DNA from: an uncultured Desulfarculus sp.
GTDB taxonomy: Bacteria; Desulfobacterota; Desulfarculia; Desulfarculales; Desulfarculaceae
Reading direction: 5' to 3'
Length of the DNA stretch: 64,000 nt
Assembly: GCA_963665125.2 (NCBI GenBank)
Contig: CAXXUK010000002.1
Span: forward strand, 320,001-384,000
Shown here: piece by piece, positions 26,597-37,539 of the stretch
Layout: each line of letters begins with the position of its first letter
Numbering within the stretch: the stretch's first letter is position 1
Position numbers and translations under genes: made by a program
The notes under the pieces: model-generated
What the model was told of the DNA's origin: nothing
What the model saw: the letters and a program-made list of their open reading frames with translations, nothing else
Databases searched by the model: none

Positions 26597-28903
26597 TTAG
26601 TTTCCGAACAGCCCCTTGAGCAGGTTGCCGCTGACGCGCAACACGGCCACGGGACGCTCCAGGGTGCCCTTTATCTCGATGGGAAAGCTGCCGTCCTGCC
26701 CCAGGAACCTCTTCAGGTCCCGGCCTATGCCTTCGCCCGAGAGCAACAGCCTTGCATCGACGTTGCCGTTGGACAACAGGGTCGACCCCTTGACCCGCAC
26801 ATCTATTTTTTCGCGGCTTTCGAGCAGGTTCAGGTTGTAGTCAAGCTTGCCGCCGGACATGGTGTAGTCGCCATCCAGGCGCGTGTAGAACTTGGGTATG
26901 TTTTGACGCACCAGCGGCGCGATGAATTGGCCGCCCTGCATTCGATCCAGGGCGTCGAAGGCCACTTCCACGCCGTCCGTGACCTCAATTTTCCCCTCGC
27001 CGGATGCGGTGCGTTTGATCTGCTCCGGAGTCAGGCCCAGGGCCTTGCCTTTGGCCTTGACATAAAACTCGCCTTTGACGATGCGAATGGGCATGCTGAA
27101 GATGTGCGTCGCTTTTTGTAAAAGGGCGAAGCGTTCCGGTGTAACTTTCATATGGCTGATACTAAAATCAAACGCGCTTTCCGGCTCGGCCTTCCTGGCG
27201 TCCAAGGCGGCCTTGGCTGTCAGCCTTCCTTCGAACAGCACGCACGAAAGTTCCTCCAGGTCCGCCTTGCCTTGGCCAAGCTTGGCCTTGGCCATGAAAT
27301 TCTCCAGCATCAGCCCTGAGTAGATAATCCTGCCGATGCCAACATTCAGGCTGAGATCCACCTGCTCCAAGGCTTTGCGAACATCGGCTGCAACGGATCC
27401 CTTGGGCGGGTTTGGCTGGGCATTGTCCCCGGCCTTGGCCGGCTGGCCCGGCCGGGAATTTTCCCTTGCCTTGGCGGGTTGGCCGTCTTCCGAGGCGGTC
27501 AGCAGGGCCAAGAACGGGTCAAGGTCCAAATCCGGCCCCGTGACGTTCAGGTGGGCCTTGATGATCTTGTCGAACGAGGCGTTGCCTTTGACAAAGATTT
27601 TGGTATTTCGGGACAAGATGGCCAGTTCGTCGATTAGCACATTGCCTTTGCCGTCAAACTTGAGGGTATAACGGTTGTCCAGGGCTTTTTCGGTGAAAGG
27701 CTTGGCCGCCCCGGGCATGAGCAGCGACAGATCGGTGATGGAGCCCCCGCCGTGCAGGGTTATGCTCTGGCTGTCGCTCTCCAATATGACCTCGTGTTTT
27801 GACATGCCCGACATCGCCAGCCCCTTGGGCATGAAGGCGGCAAAGGCCTGGCTCATTCTGGCCAGATTGGCCTTTTGTTCCAACCTGCCATGGGCTTTTC
27901 CGGGGCTCATGACTCCCTCGGCATTGAGTTCATAGCCTGCCGAAGGCAGCCAAATATATAATTTGTGCAGTTCGACGGTTTGGGCCGGGGTGTCGCCGGT
28001 GGCCGCGAATTCGATAAGGGCGTTTTGCAGGTCCAGGGGAGCGATATCGCTTTGAGGCTGGTGGACATAGAGGTTGTCCACGGCCAACGTGGCCCGCACC
28101 TCCGGGTGCTCACCGGTCCCGCGGACGTCCAGGCCCAGCTTGATCTTGCCCCGGCATTGCAGGCCGGGCAGAACCACGGCGGCCAGTTTGCCCACTTCAT
28201 CCAGGTCCAGCCCGGCGACGACCCTGGTAGGTTCGTCGGTGGGTCCTTGGGCTGTCTTGACCATGAAGTTGAGCCCGGGCGCCGTGAGTTTGATGTCGAT
28301 ACTGGCGGTTTTCCCTTGCACGTTGGTGCGCATGGCGGCCTGGGTGATGGGCCATTGGGCGCTTTGCCCGTTGGCCAGGTTGTGCAGATGCACCACGGAG
28401 CCGGTCATCTCCAACTGGCCTAAAAAGAAATGGGGCTTGGCCGCTTCGGCCGTTTCCATATCCGGCAGATCCGGCGTTTTTGTCGGCTCAGCGCCGCTTT
28501 TGGGCTTTTGGCCGGCAGGCATGTTCTGGATATTGAGTTTGCCCTGCTCGGAACTGACAACGGACAATTCGAGCCCGTCTATTTCCACCATGCCCAAGGC
28601 CACCGTGCCGTCCAAAAGGGGCAGCAGGGAAAACTGGGCGCTGAGCCTGTTGAGTTTGACCAGCGGCCTGTCGCCGTAGGGCTTGAGTTCACTCACCTCC
28701 AGGCCCTTGACCTCCACTTCGGCCCCGCCCAGAAGGCTCAGCGAAACGGATGCGATTTTGGTGGGACGTCCGGTCTGCTTTTCAATGGCCTGGGCCACCA
28801 TGCTTTCCAGGGGCAACAATAGCGGTACGACGGCCAGAGCCATCAGAACCACGACAACCAAAGCCAAGCAACCGATAGCGATCCATTTGACGGCTTTTTT
28901 CAT
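26597..28903 (-). CDS. AsmA-family protein
   Basis: N-terminal TM then IEKQTGR..I..VSLSL; beta-rich body; C-terminal PIEIKGTLERP. Confidence 0.8.
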   Translation of the reverse strand: MKKAVKWIAIGCLALVVVVLMALAVVPLLLPLESMVAQAIEKQTGRPTKIASVSLSLLGGAEVEVKGLEVSELKPYGDRPLVKLNRLSAQFSLLPLLDGTVALGMVEIDGLELSVVSSEQGKLNIQNMPAGQKPKSGAEPTKTPDLPDMETAEAAKPHFFLGQLEMTGSVVHLHNLANGQSAQWPITQAAMRTNVQGKTASIDIKLTAPGLNFMVKTAQGPTDEPTRVVAGLDLDEVGKLAAVVLPGLQCRGKIKLGLDVRGTGEHPEVRATLAVDNLYVHQPQSDIAPLDLQNALIEFAATGDTPAQTVELHKLYIWLPSAGYELNAEGVMSPGKAHGRLEQKANLARMSQAFAAFMPKGLAMSGMSKHEVILESDSQSITLHGGGSITDLSLLMPGAAKPFTEKALDNRYTLKFDGKGNVLIDELAILSRNTKIFVKGNASFDKIIKAHLNVTGPDLDLDPFLALLTASEDGQPAKARENSRPGQPAKAGDNAQPNPPKGSVAADVRKALEQVDLSLNVGIGRIIYSGLMLENFMAKAKLGQGKADLEELSCVLFEGRLTAKAALDARKAEPESAFDFSISHMKVTPERFALLQKATHIFSMPIRIVKGEFYVKAKGKALGLTPEQIKRTASGEGKIEVTDGVEVAFDALDRMQGGQFIAPLVRQNIPKFYTRLDGDYTMSGGKLDYNLNLLESREKIDVRVKGSTLLSNGNVDARLLLSGEGIGRDLKRFLGQDGSFPIEIKGTLERPVAVLRVSGNLLKGLFGN

Positions 28904-29035
28904 TTCTGCCTCCCCCTTGTTCAGGCTGAGTTTGTCCCGAGCGGGTTGACGAGAGCCTGTCCCGGAATCTTACGGGCGTAATCCGGGCACGGGTTCATTA
29001 TGCCCGCATTGCATAAAAGTGTGAAGCTGATTGAC

Positions 29036-29096
29036 GGTCCCGAAGTCCGGGACAGCGGTCCGATTCGGTTAAAATTTGTCCCGATGTCCGGGACAA
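29036..29096. promoter_or_regulatory. Two palindromic enhancer-like sites (T/G)GTCCCG-N5-CGGGACA
   Basis: GGTCCCGAAGTCCGGGACA (29036-29054) and TTGTCCCGATGTCCGGGACAA (29076-29096). Confidence 0.65.
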
Positions 29097-29210
29097 CGGG
29101 ATTGGATTGGCAATCAGTCTGTGGTGTCAACTGACTTGCCTGTGAAGATTGGCACTTGTAACACAAGGAAATTAAATGGAAATTCATCATTATTTTGATT
29201 GGTTGATCAG

Positions 29211-29226
29211 TTGGCACATTAGTTGC
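29211..29226 (+). promoter_or_regulatory. Sigma-54 promoter
   Basis: TTGGCAC-ATTAG-TTGC matches the -24/-12 consensus. Confidence 0.8.
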
Positions 29227-29260
29227 CAATTAGTGGGGCATTCCAATAATGGGGTGTCAA

Positions 29261-29707
29261 ATGCAGTTGTTGCTATATGCGTCCGTCTTTAACGAGGATT
29301 GGGTTCGTCTCGGGTCGGTGGTTGAACAGGCCGCGCCGAGGGACAAGATTGAGATATACCGAAAAATATCATCTTTGCGAGATCGCCTGTCACGGCCCCT
29401 GAAAAGGCCGGCCATTTTAGTAATGCTGGCCGCGAACACAAGTGAACTTGCCGCTTTGTCCGAGCTTGCTTCCTTGCTCTACGATCTTAAAACCGTGTTG
29501 GTCCTACCGGACAGGACCATTTCCACCGTTAAACACGGGCACAAGCTTTCCCCAAGCTTCTACACCTATTTGGATAGTGACTTTTCAGATTTAAAAGCGG
29601 TGTTGCAACACATCTATGAATCCGGTGTCGGAAAACAACGCATTGCCGCCGGCCTTCTGCCTGGACCCGCAGCGGTACGATCCAGACAGATTGAAAAATC
29701 AGGCTGA
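29261..29707 (+). CDS. Hypothetical protein, possibly degenerate receiver-like alpha/beta fold
   Basis: 148-aa ORF directly after the sigma-54 promoter; fold guess only. Confidence 0.65.
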   Translation: MQLLLYASVFNEDWVRLGSVVEQAAPRDKIEIYRKISSLRDRLSRPLKRPAILVMLAANTSELAALSELASLLYDLKTVLVLPDRTISTVKHGHKLSPSFYTYLDSDFSDLKAVLQHIYESGVGKQRIAAGLLPGPAAVRSRQIEKSG

Positions 29708-29832
29708 AAAATAAGCAGCTTGTAAAGAGGCCGTTTGAATGCCCCCTTACGGTTTCTCAAATGCCGCTAGGAATGCAGATAGATTAGCAACTTGCCAAGG
29801 TATTGGAAAAGTTCAAACCGAGGAGAGGTAGG

Positions 29833-31821
29833 ATGAAAAAGATGAGCCTGAAAATTAAACTTATCGGCGGCTTCGTGATCGTGGCCCTGCTTACTTTGGG
29901 CGTGGGATTTGTGGGCTGGAACGGCTCCCGGACCCTGGGCGACAACATCGCCAAGGTTGGCGGCACCTGCCTGCCGGCAATCCAGGATCTGCTCAGCATC
30001 CGGGTTTTTTTGCAGCAGTTCGATTCCACCCAGCGCACCATGATGTTCACGAGTCTGAATATGGATGATCGCCAGAAATTGCACGAGGATATAAAGACAA
30101 TCCGCGGCGATTACAAAAAATCCATGGACGATTTCGAAAAACTTGACGTGGACGAAAGGGTGCAGGCTGCCTGGGGATCCTTCAAGGATGAAGTCAAGTT
30201 GGCCACCACGGAAAATGATAAGTTTTTCGCAGAAGCCAAAAAGCTCGAGGCCTCCCATATTCTCGATCCCGTGAGTTTAAGGGAAAAGCTGGAAGGCTTC
30301 CGCGGCGATCATTACAAGCTCATGGCCGGCACCTGCAACATGATCGGTCAAAATACGATTATTGAGGGTGGCGATGATCCCACCAAATGCGCCTTTGGCA
30401 AGTGGATGGCCTCTTTCCAAACTGAAAACCCCGGACTGAAAAAAGCCCTGGCCATCATCGACGCCCATCACAAGACCTTCCACGCTTCCGTGGGCGAAGT
30501 GCGCAACAAGGTGACCAGTGGCGACCTCGATTCGGCGGCTGTGATTTACAAAGACAAGATGGTCCCGGCGGCCAACTCCACCTTTGACGAGTTCCGCGCC
30601 ATGCGCAAGGAAGCGGCCAAGGCCCAGGAAATCTATGCATCGATGGATGCCACCATGCAAAAGGCCTCCGTCCTGACCGCCAAGGCCATCGCCTCCATTG
30701 ATAAAGCCATCGACACCACGGAAGGAATCGCCCACAACCGGGTGACTGAGGCCGACAGCAATTCAACCAGCGTGCAGCTTTTGACTCTGGTGGGTATGGG
30801 CGTGGGCTTTATAGTCTCGCTGTTGCTGGGCATCTTCACCAGCAACTCCATCACCAGGCCGCTCAACAGGGTGATCGAGGGCCTCACCGCGGGAAGCAGC
30901 CAAGTGGCCGCGGCGTCAAACCAGGTGGCCGGCTCCAGCCAGTCCCTGGCCGAAGGCTCGGCGACCCAGGCGGCGGCTTTGGAAGAGACCAGTTCCTCGT
31001 TGGAGGAAATGGCTTCCATGACCCGTCAGAACGCCGACAACGCCGAACAGGCCAACAGCCTTTCCCAGGAGGCCAACAGCCTGGTGGCCCGGGCAAACCA
31101 GGCCATGGTCGAGCTGACCCAATCCATGGAAGAGATCCGTCAAACCAGTGAAGAGACGTCCAAGATCATCAAGACCATCGACGAGATCGCCTTCCAGACC
31201 AACCTGTTGGCCCTCAACGCAGCGGTTGAGGCGGCCAGGGCGGGCGAAGCCGGTGCCGGCTTTGCCGTGGTGGCCGACGAGGTGCGTTCCCTGGCCATGC
31301 GCGCCGCCGAAGCGGCGAAGAACACCTCCGCGCTGATCGAAAGTTCGGTGAACAAGATTCAGCAGGGAGCCGATATCGTTCAGCGCACCAGCAAGGCCTT
31401 TGAGGAAGTTCACTCCGCCTCCGGACGCGTGGGTGAGTTGGTCGGTGAAATCGCCGCGGCCAGCCAGGAGCAGGCCCAGGGCATTACCCAGATCAACAAG
31501 GCCACCACGGACATGGATCAGGTGACCCAGAACAACGCCGCCAACGCCGAACAATCAGCCGCCGCGGCCCAGGAGATGAGCGCCCAGGCCGAAACCATGC
31601 AGGGTTATGTGGGAGATCTTCTCACCCTGGTCACCGGTGGCGAAGACAACAACAAGGGCCATGGGCTGATCGAGGCAGGCGCCAGGCGTGATACCGGCAA
31701 GAAGCCCCTGCTGCTCAGCCACAAGCCCAAAAATATCAACGGCTCCAAGGCCGCTTCGCAGGCGCCCGAACGGGTGATTCCCTTTGATCAGGATGGTGAA
31801 GGCGACTTCTCGGACTTTTAG
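29833..31821 (+). CDS. Methyl-accepting chemotaxis protein with CZB motif between the two TM helices
   Basis: [39 protein letters not shown]...TKCAFGKW...HKTFH. Confidence 0.93.
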   Translation: MKKMSLKIKLIGGFVIVALLTLGVGFVGWNGSRTLGDNIAKVGGTCLPAIQDLLSIRVFLQQFDSTQRTMMFTSLNMDDRQKLHEDIKTIRGDYKKSMDDFEKLDVDERVQAAWGSFKDEVKLATTENDKFFAEAKKLEASHILDPVSLREKLEGFRGDHYKLMAGTCNMIGQNTIIEGGDDPTKCAFGKWMASFQTENPGLKKALAIIDAHHKTFHASVGEVRNKVTSGDLDSAAVIYKDKMVPAANSTFDEFRAMRKEAAKAQEIYASMDATMQKASVLTAKAIASIDKAIDTTEGIAHNRVTEADSNSTSVQLLTLVGMGVGFIVSLLLGIFTSNSITRPLNRVIEGLTAGSSQVAAASNQVAGSSQSLAEGSATQAAALEETSSSLEEMASMTRQNADNAEQANSLSQEANSLVARANQAMVELTQSMEEIRQTSEETSKIIKTIDEIAFQTNLLALNAAVEAARAGEAGAGFAVVADEVRSLAMRAAEAAKNTSALIESSVNKIQQGADIVQRTSKAFEEVHSASGRVGELVGEIAAASQEQAQGITQINKATTDMDQVTQNNAANAEQSAAAAQEMSAQAETMQGYVGDLLTLVTGGEDNNKGHGLIEAGARRDTGKKPLLLSHKPKNINGSKAASQAPERVIPFDQDGEGDFSDF

Positions 31822-31831
31822 ATAGGCTTTC

Positions 31832-31882
31832 AGGCGACGGGGAGAAAAGAACATCATCCCTCTCCCCGGCTCCCCGTCGCCT
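31832..31882. terminator. 13-bp perfect inverted repeat after the MCP gene
   Basis: AGGCGACGGGGAG ... CTCCCCGTCGCCT with a 25-nt loop; weak U tract. Confidence 0.4.
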
Positions 31883-32207
31883 AATCTTTCCGGTCAAAAA
31901 GCCGCTGGTAATTGGTGGGATGATAGCCGCGAACTACCTGCCCAACTTAGCAGTCTTTAAGCTACGTCTGGTGCTGCCGAATGGATGAACTGAGCCGCCT
32001 TGGAATGGAATACCCCGGCCTGTTGCCCACCCGCCCGGATGGTTGGCGGGCGGAGGCCTCGGCCCGGCAGCGGATATTGCTTGAGGCGGTTGAGTCGGAG
32101 TTCGATATCCTGTGGGTGCGTCTTGGCCAAAACGCGGATGCCGAGGGTTTTGGGCCGGGCGAATTGCTTGGGCTGGAGAATATGATCGGCTTGTTGCTCG
32201 CCTTGCC

Positions 32208-32711
32208 CTATTCCTCGATAGCGGCCTGCCATTTGGAGCAAGGCAGGTAGAATTGACCCCTGCCGCATTCGATCAGCTTTGTTTTGGGGCGGCCCAGCAC
32301 GCCTGTCGCCGTGCGGCCCGGAACCTTGACGCTTCCCCTTAGGACCGGTCCGCCTTCGAAACGGCCGGAAATCCGGTAGCCCATCTCATCCCAATAATTG
32401 ATCTCGCCCTTGGCATCAACGGACAAAGGTTCCGGGGCGTTCCACTTGCCGACAACCGTGGTTTCTTTTATTGAAGGGCCGTTCAGCTTGAATAGTTTTT
32501 TGGAAAGGCGGTTGGTGCAGACATCGCGAATTGAAAAGGATTCCACAGTCCTATTCCGGGCATTATAGACGAAGCTGACGAATGTTGAAGTGTCTCCGCA
32601 ACTGTGCATGCCTGAGTATTGAATTTTTGAGGTCTGTTGGGCCGATACCGGAATCGCCAGACAAAACAACAGAAAAAGACTCGATAACCAGTTGATTAAG
32701 CGGGAACGCAT
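32208..32711 (-). CDS. Hypothetical exported protein
   Basis: Signal peptide ending VSA-QQ; four Cys in the mature part. Confidence 0.65.
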   Translation of the reverse strand: MRSRLINWLSSLFLLFCLAIPVSAQQTSKIQYSGMHSCGDTSTFVSFVYNARNRTVESFSIRDVCTNRLSKKLFKLNGPSIKETTVVGKWNAPEPLSVDAKGEINYWDEMGYRISGRFEGGPVLRGSVKVPGRTATGVLGRPKTKLIECGRGQFYLPCSKWQAAIEE

Positions 32712-33143
32712 ATTAAGAATCCGATGACGATGAAACGCCGGACAAAAAACTGAACACAGCCGTCAATGTCGCTTTATTGAAAATCCTTATCACACAGGCA
32801 TTGTGTTTTGTCCAGAAAGATATTCCCCATTCGTAGCTCTGATTAGTGGGCCGACATTTTATTGTCGTTATCGGGAGCCCGATCAAACAAAAGACGCTTA
32901 AAGATTATCGCATCTACAGGCATGGCCGTAATGCTGGAGCTGTGTATTGAAAAGATACTGTGATTACAAGTGGTACTACAATATCATGTTGACAGTGCGC
33001 TTATGGCGGACTTATAGTAACTGCGATCCTGGAGTAACTGTATTAAAACTGCAGAAAACTGGCCCCCCGGAGCCCTTTCGGGCCGGCTTTTTCGCATTCC
33101 AACCCCAAAAACCAGTCTTATGGAAATGGCGGAGGTTACGGCT

Positions 33144-35273
33144 ATGAAGACTGACTTCAAAACCGTTCAGGTGGAGATAGCCGACGGAATCGCTATCTTG
33201 GCCATGAACAACCCGCCGGTGAATCAGCTTTCGGACTACTTTATTCTGGAATTGTCCGAGGCCCTTAAAGAGGCCTTCAAGGACGACCAGGTCAAGGCCA
33301 TCGTGCTGACGGGCACGGGCCAGAATTTTGTAGCCGGCGCTGATATCACCCAATTGCAGAAAATGACGGACCGCGACAAGACAGTCGGTTTGGTCATGCA
33401 AGGCCATGAGTTCTACAATGCCGTGGAACTGGCGCCCAAGCCCATTATCGCGGCCATCAACGGCAACTGCCTGGGCGGCGGTCTGGAACTGGCCATGTGC
33501 TGCCACTACCGCGTGGCCGCCAACGGAGTGAATCTCGGCCTGCCCGAGGTCAAACTGGGCCTGTTGCCCGGCGGCGGCGGCACGCAGCGCCTGGCCCGCA
33601 TCGTCGGCTTCCAGTTGGCCGTGGAAATGATGACCAGCGGCGCGCCGATCAAGGCCGTCAAGGCTCTGCAGCGCGGACTGGTTGACGAGGTATGCGCTCC
33701 GGAAAAACTTATCGCCAAGGCCAAAAAGGCCGCCGGCATGTTCCTGATGGGCATCTACAACCAAAAGTCGCGCACCACGCGCTTCATCCACACGCGCATC
33801 CTCAGCAGCAATGAAAAGAAGCATTTCATCAACTTCGTCAAGGGTATGGTCGGAGCCAAATCCAAGGGCTACCCCGCCCCGATGAAGATCATCGAGTGCG
33901 TGGAAAAGGGCCTGAGCACCGACTTTGAGGCCGACCTGCGGGTGGAGGCCAACGGCTTCGCCGACCTGGTCACCTCCAAGGTGGCCAAATACCTCATCGG
34001 CATCTTCCTTAATACCCGTTCGGCGGGCCGCCTGCCCCGGATCAAGGACGTCAAACCGGCCAAGCCCCAAAAGGTGGCTCAGCTGGGCGGCGGCGTCATG
34101 GGCTGCGGCATCGTGCATCTGCTGTTGGCAAACGGCTTTGACTGCGTGCTGTGGGACATCAACGAAGCGGCCCTGGCCAAGGGCGTCGAGTCGGTGAAGA
34201 AGACCTTTGCCTACATGGTCAAAAAGAAGAAGATGAAGCCTGCCGATCTGGACAAGCTCATCGCCGAAAAGCTGACCACCACCACCAAGCTCGAAGACCT
34301 TGGCGACGTGGACCTGATCATCGAGGCCGTGCTGGAAGACATGAAGATCAAGCAGGACATCTGGCTGACCCTGGAAAAGACCTGCCGCGACGACGTGATC
34401 TTCGGCACCAACACCTCGGCCCTGCCCATCACCGAAATGGCCAGCGTCCTGAAGGACCCCGGCCGGATGATCGGCCTGCACTTCTTCAACCCGGCCGAGC
34501 GCATGCCCCTGTTGGAGATTATCTGCGCCAAGCAGACCTCGGACCAGACCCTGGCCACCAGCGTGAGCTTTGGCCGGCGCATCAAGAAGACTCCGGTCGT
34601 GGTCAACGACGGGCCGGGCTTCTATGTCTCGCGCCAGTTGGGCGGCCTGATGGGCGGAGCGGTGTATCTGAGCGCCGACGGCGTCAGCGGCGAGGCCATC
34701 GAAAAGGCCATGATGAACTTCGGCATGCCCATGGGCCCGGCCACCCTGGCCGACCTGACCGGCATCGACATCAACTACCACGTCAACAAGACCTTCGAGC
34801 GGGAGATGGGCGAGCGCTACGCCGTGCATCCGCTGACCAAGGCCATCTACGAGTTGGGCGACTACGGCCGCAAGACCGGGGCCGGCTATTTTGACTACAG
34901 CTCCGGCAAGCCCGTTCCCAACCCCAAGGTTGTCGAGGTGGTCGCCAAGTATCTCAAGGACAACAATGTAGCGCCCAAGGAAGCGTCCGAGCAGGAGATC
35001 ATCGACCACATGCTGGCTTTGGCCATCAACGAGGCGGCCTTGATGATGGAAGAGGGCATTTGCGACCGCCCGGCGGATATGGATCTGGCCATGATCTACG
35101 GCACGGGCTTCCCACCCTACCGCGGCGGCATCCTGGCCTATGCCGATTCCTGGGGAGTCAAGAACGTCTACGGCAAGCTGGTGGAACTGGAGGCCAAATA
35201 CGGCCCGCGGTTTGCCCCGGCGGCTTTGCTCAAAGACATGGCCGAAAAGGGCGAAACCTTCTATAAGGAGTAA
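33144..35273 (+). CDS. fadB: Enoyl-CoA hydratase/3-hydroxyacyl-CoA dehydrogenase (beta-oxidation multifunctional alpha subunit)
   Basis: FVAGADI, LGGGLELA, LPEVKLGLLPGGGGTQRL, LGGGVMG, TNTSALPI, GLHFFNP. Confidence 0.92.
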   Translation: MKTDFKTVQVEIADGIAILAMNNPPVNQLSDYFILELSEALKEAFKDDQVKAIVLTGTGQNFVAGADITQLQKMTDRDKTVGLVMQGHEFYNAVELAPKPIIAAINGNCLGGGLELAMCCHYRVAANGVNLGLPEVKLGLLPGGGGTQRLARIVGFQLAVEMMTSGAPIKAVKALQRGLVDEVCAPEKLIAKAKKAAGMFLMGIYNQKSRTTRFIHTRILSSNEKKHFINFVKGMVGAKSKGYPAPMKIIECVEKGLSTDFEADLRVEANGFADLVTSKVAKYLIGIFLNTRSAGRLPRIKDVKPAKPQKVAQLGGGVMGCGIVHLLLANGFDCVLWDINEAALAKGVESVKKTFAYMVKKKKMKPADLDKLIAEKLTTTTKLEDLGDVDLIIEAVLEDMKIKQDIWLTLEKTCRDDVIFGTNTSALPITEMASVLKDPGRMIGLHFFNPAERMPLLEIICAKQTSDQTLATSVSFGRRIKKTPVVVNDGPGFYVSRQLGGLMGGAVYLSADGVSGEAIEKAMMNFGMPMGPATLADLTGIDINYHVNKTFEREMGERYAVHPLTKAIYELGDYGRKTGAGYFDYSSGKPVPNPKVVEVVAKYLKDNNVAPKEASEQEIIDHMLALAINEAALMMEEGICDRPADMDLAMIYGTGFPPYRGGILAYADSWGVKNVYGKLVELEAKYGPRFAPAALLKDMAEKGETFYKE

Positions 35274-35363
35274 AATGCTCCGCCGCCGGTTTGGCTAATC
35301 GACCGGACCGGCGGCCCAAACAAAACCCCGTCCATCGGGGTTGGACAATAAAGAGGAGGTAGT

Positions 35364-36026
35364 GTGGCCCAGCAGAAACGAACCGAAGCGCGCAAGGAGC
35401 AGATCCTCAATGCGGCGGAAAAGGTCTTCGCCGAAAAGGGCTTTCACCAGGCCACCGTATCCGAGGTGGCCAAGGAGGCGGGCCTTTCCGATGCGACGAT
35501 CTACGAATACTTTTCCACCAAGGAAGAGTTGTTGTTTTCCATTCCCTTGGAAACAACCCAGCGCAGTTCGGAGTTGCTCAAGTTTCATTTGGGCTACATT
35601 CGCGGGGCGGCCAACAAGTTGCGCTCCATCATCTACCATTATCTGTGGTTCTACAAAAACCACCCTGAATACTCCTCGGTGGCCTTGATGATTCTCAAGA
35701 CGCACAGAGGCTATTTGGAAACGGAATCATACGGCGTATACCGCCGGGCAACCCAATTGATCCTTGAGGTCGTCGAAGAAGGCATCGCCTCGGGCGAGTT
35801 TCGGGCCGATACCGATCCCCATTTGGTGCGGCACGCCCTGCTGGGGGCCATAGAGCACATGGTCAGCAGGGAGCTGTTGCACAAGGCGGGCCGCGAATTC
35901 ATGGATTATGTCGATCCGTTGACGGACATGATCATTGGCGGCATTCAGCGCCAGGAAAACATCGGCGGTTGGAATCTCCGGATATCCCTGGAACCGCCGT
36001 CAACTGCTGAAAAAGATAAAAAATAG
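35364..36026 (+). CDS. TetR-family regulator (FadR-like context)
   Basis: ILNAAEKVFAEKGFH..TIYEYFSTKEELL. Confidence 0.93.
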   Translation: MAQQKRTEARKEQILNAAEKVFAEKGFHQATVSEVAKEAGLSDATIYEYFSTKEELLFSIPLETTQRSSELLKFHLGYIRGAANKLRSIIYHYLWFYKNHPEYSSVALMILKTHRGYLETESYGVYRRATQLILEVVEEGIASGEFRADTDPHLVRHALLGAIEHMVSRELLHKAGREFMDYVDPLTDMIIGGIQRQENIGGWNLRISLEPPSTAEKDKK

Positions 36027-36102
36027 TCACGCCCCCGGGCAGGCCCGGGCCTAGGCGGACGAATTAGTTGCAAAATAAAACTGTTTTGCAGGAGGTTGCA
36101 AA

Positions 36103-37311
36103 ATGAGAGATGTTGTCATAGTCGGTTATCTGCGCACCGCCCAATCCCGTTCACGCCCCACTGACCCGGCCCGGGACTGGTTCCACAAATTGCGGGCCGA
36201 TGAGCTGCTGAGCAAAGTGCTGCCCAAGCTGGTGGAACAGGTCGGCATCGACCCCAAGGAAATCGACGATTTCCTGGTTGGTTCGGCCATGGGCGTTAGC
36301 GAACAGTGGTCCTATGGCGGCCGCACCCCCATCATTCTGGCCGACCTGCCCAACACCATTGCCGCCAAGTTCGTCGACCAGCAGTGCGGCAGCGCCATGG
36401 CCGGCATCCAGATCGGCTTCATGGAAATCGCCCAGGGATTTGCAGACACCGTCATGATCGGCGGCATGGAGCACATGACACGCATCCCCATGGGCGGCCC
36501 CACCATGGAGCGCGGCGTCATCGCCCCCAACATGGCCCTGTATCTCGATCCCAAATACAGCCACTGGGACATGATGACGGCCTTCAATATGGGCCTGACC
36601 GCTGAAAAGCTCTTCGGCATGAACGAAGACATCAGCGTTGATGACATGAACAACTGGGCCGTGCGCAGCCACCAGCTGGCCGCCAAGGCCCAGGCGGAAG
36701 GCTTCTTTGACGGCGAGATTCTGCCCGTGGACGCCGAACAGGCCGACGGCAGCACCATGAGCGTCAAGGTGGACCAGGCCGTTCGCGGCGAAACCACCCT
36801 GGAAGAGCTTCAGGGCCTGCGCCCGGCTTTCACCAAAAAGGGCGTCATCACCGCCGGCGTCAGCTCTCCGCTCAACGCCGCGGCCACCAGCATGATGCTC
36901 ATGAGCAAGGAAAAGGCCAAGGCTCTGGGCCTCAAGCCCCTGGCCACCATCCGCTCCCTCGGCTTTGCCGGAGTGGACCCGACGATCATGGGCCACGGCC
37001 CGGTCCCGGCCACGGAAAAGGCCCTGGCCCATCTGGATATGAAGGCCGAGGACATCGATTACTGGGAAATCAACGAGGCCTTCGCCATCGTTGTGCTCAA
37101 CTGCGCCAAGAAGCTGGGCATTGACCTGGACAAGATCAACATCAAGGGCGGCGGCCTGGCCATCGGCCATCCGCTGGGCGCCACGGGCAACCGTTTGGTG
37201 GGCACCCTGGCCCGTATTTTGAACGAAAAGGGCGCCCGCTGGGGCTGCGCCAACGCCTGCTGCGGCGGCGGCCAGGGCGTGGCAATGATCATCGAGCGCG
37301 AGGACTATTAG
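36103..37311 (+). CDS. fadA: Acetyl-CoA C-acyltransferase (thiolase)
   Basis: QQCGSA, WEINEAF, GHPLGATG, CCGGGQG. Confidence 0.92.
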   Translation: MRDVVIVGYLRTAQSRSRPTDPARDWFHKLRADELLSKVLPKLVEQVGIDPKEIDDFLVGSAMGVSEQWSYGGRTPIILADLPNTIAAKFVDQQCGSAMAGIQIGFMEIAQGFADTVMIGGMEHMTRIPMGGPTMERGVIAPNMALYLDPKYSHWDMMTAFNMGLTAEKLFGMNEDISVDDMNNWAVRSHQLAAKAQAEGFFDGEILPVDAEQADGSTMSVKVDQAVRGETTLEELQGLRPAFTKKGVITAGVSSPLNAAATSMMLMSKEKAKALGLKPLATIRSLGFAGVDPTIMGHGPVPATEKALAHLDMKAEDIDYWEINEAFAIVVLNCAKKLGIDLDKINIKGGGLAIGHPLGATGNRLVGTLARILNEKGARWGCANACCGGGQGVAMIIEREDY

Positions 37312-37418
37312 CCAGCGCCGGTGGAAAAGGCTCTTTTGGGTCTTTTGAAGAAAAACTGAAAGGTGCGGGGCGGGGATGTGGGCCCCCGCCCCGAGTTCAC
37401 CTCCCGCGGGGCAGCGGG

Positions 37419-37451
37419 ATGGAGCCGGCGCAAGCCGGCTCCATTTTTTTT
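37419..37451 (+). terminator. Intrinsic terminator
   Basis: ATGGAGCCGGC-GCAA-GCCGGCTCCAT followed by a T tract. Confidence 0.85.
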
Positions 37452-37539
37452 AAATTTATAATATCAACTCGTCAGGTATTCTCAAGTAGGTGCGCCCCAT
37501 GTTAAAAATAATATTGGGGGTGTGAACTTGTGAGGTCCG

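Noticed and set aside
31981..32250. 89-aa plus-strand ORF
   Set aside because: No RBS or motif, and it overlaps the 3' end of a convergent gene; may be a remnant but is unsupported
33012..35009. 665-aa antisense ORF, and similar long shadows at 11845-13293, 14533-16107, 37780-39114, 43374-44579 and 51852-53486
   Set aside because: Opposite-strand shadows of well-supported genes, expected from GC-rich codon bias; no motifs
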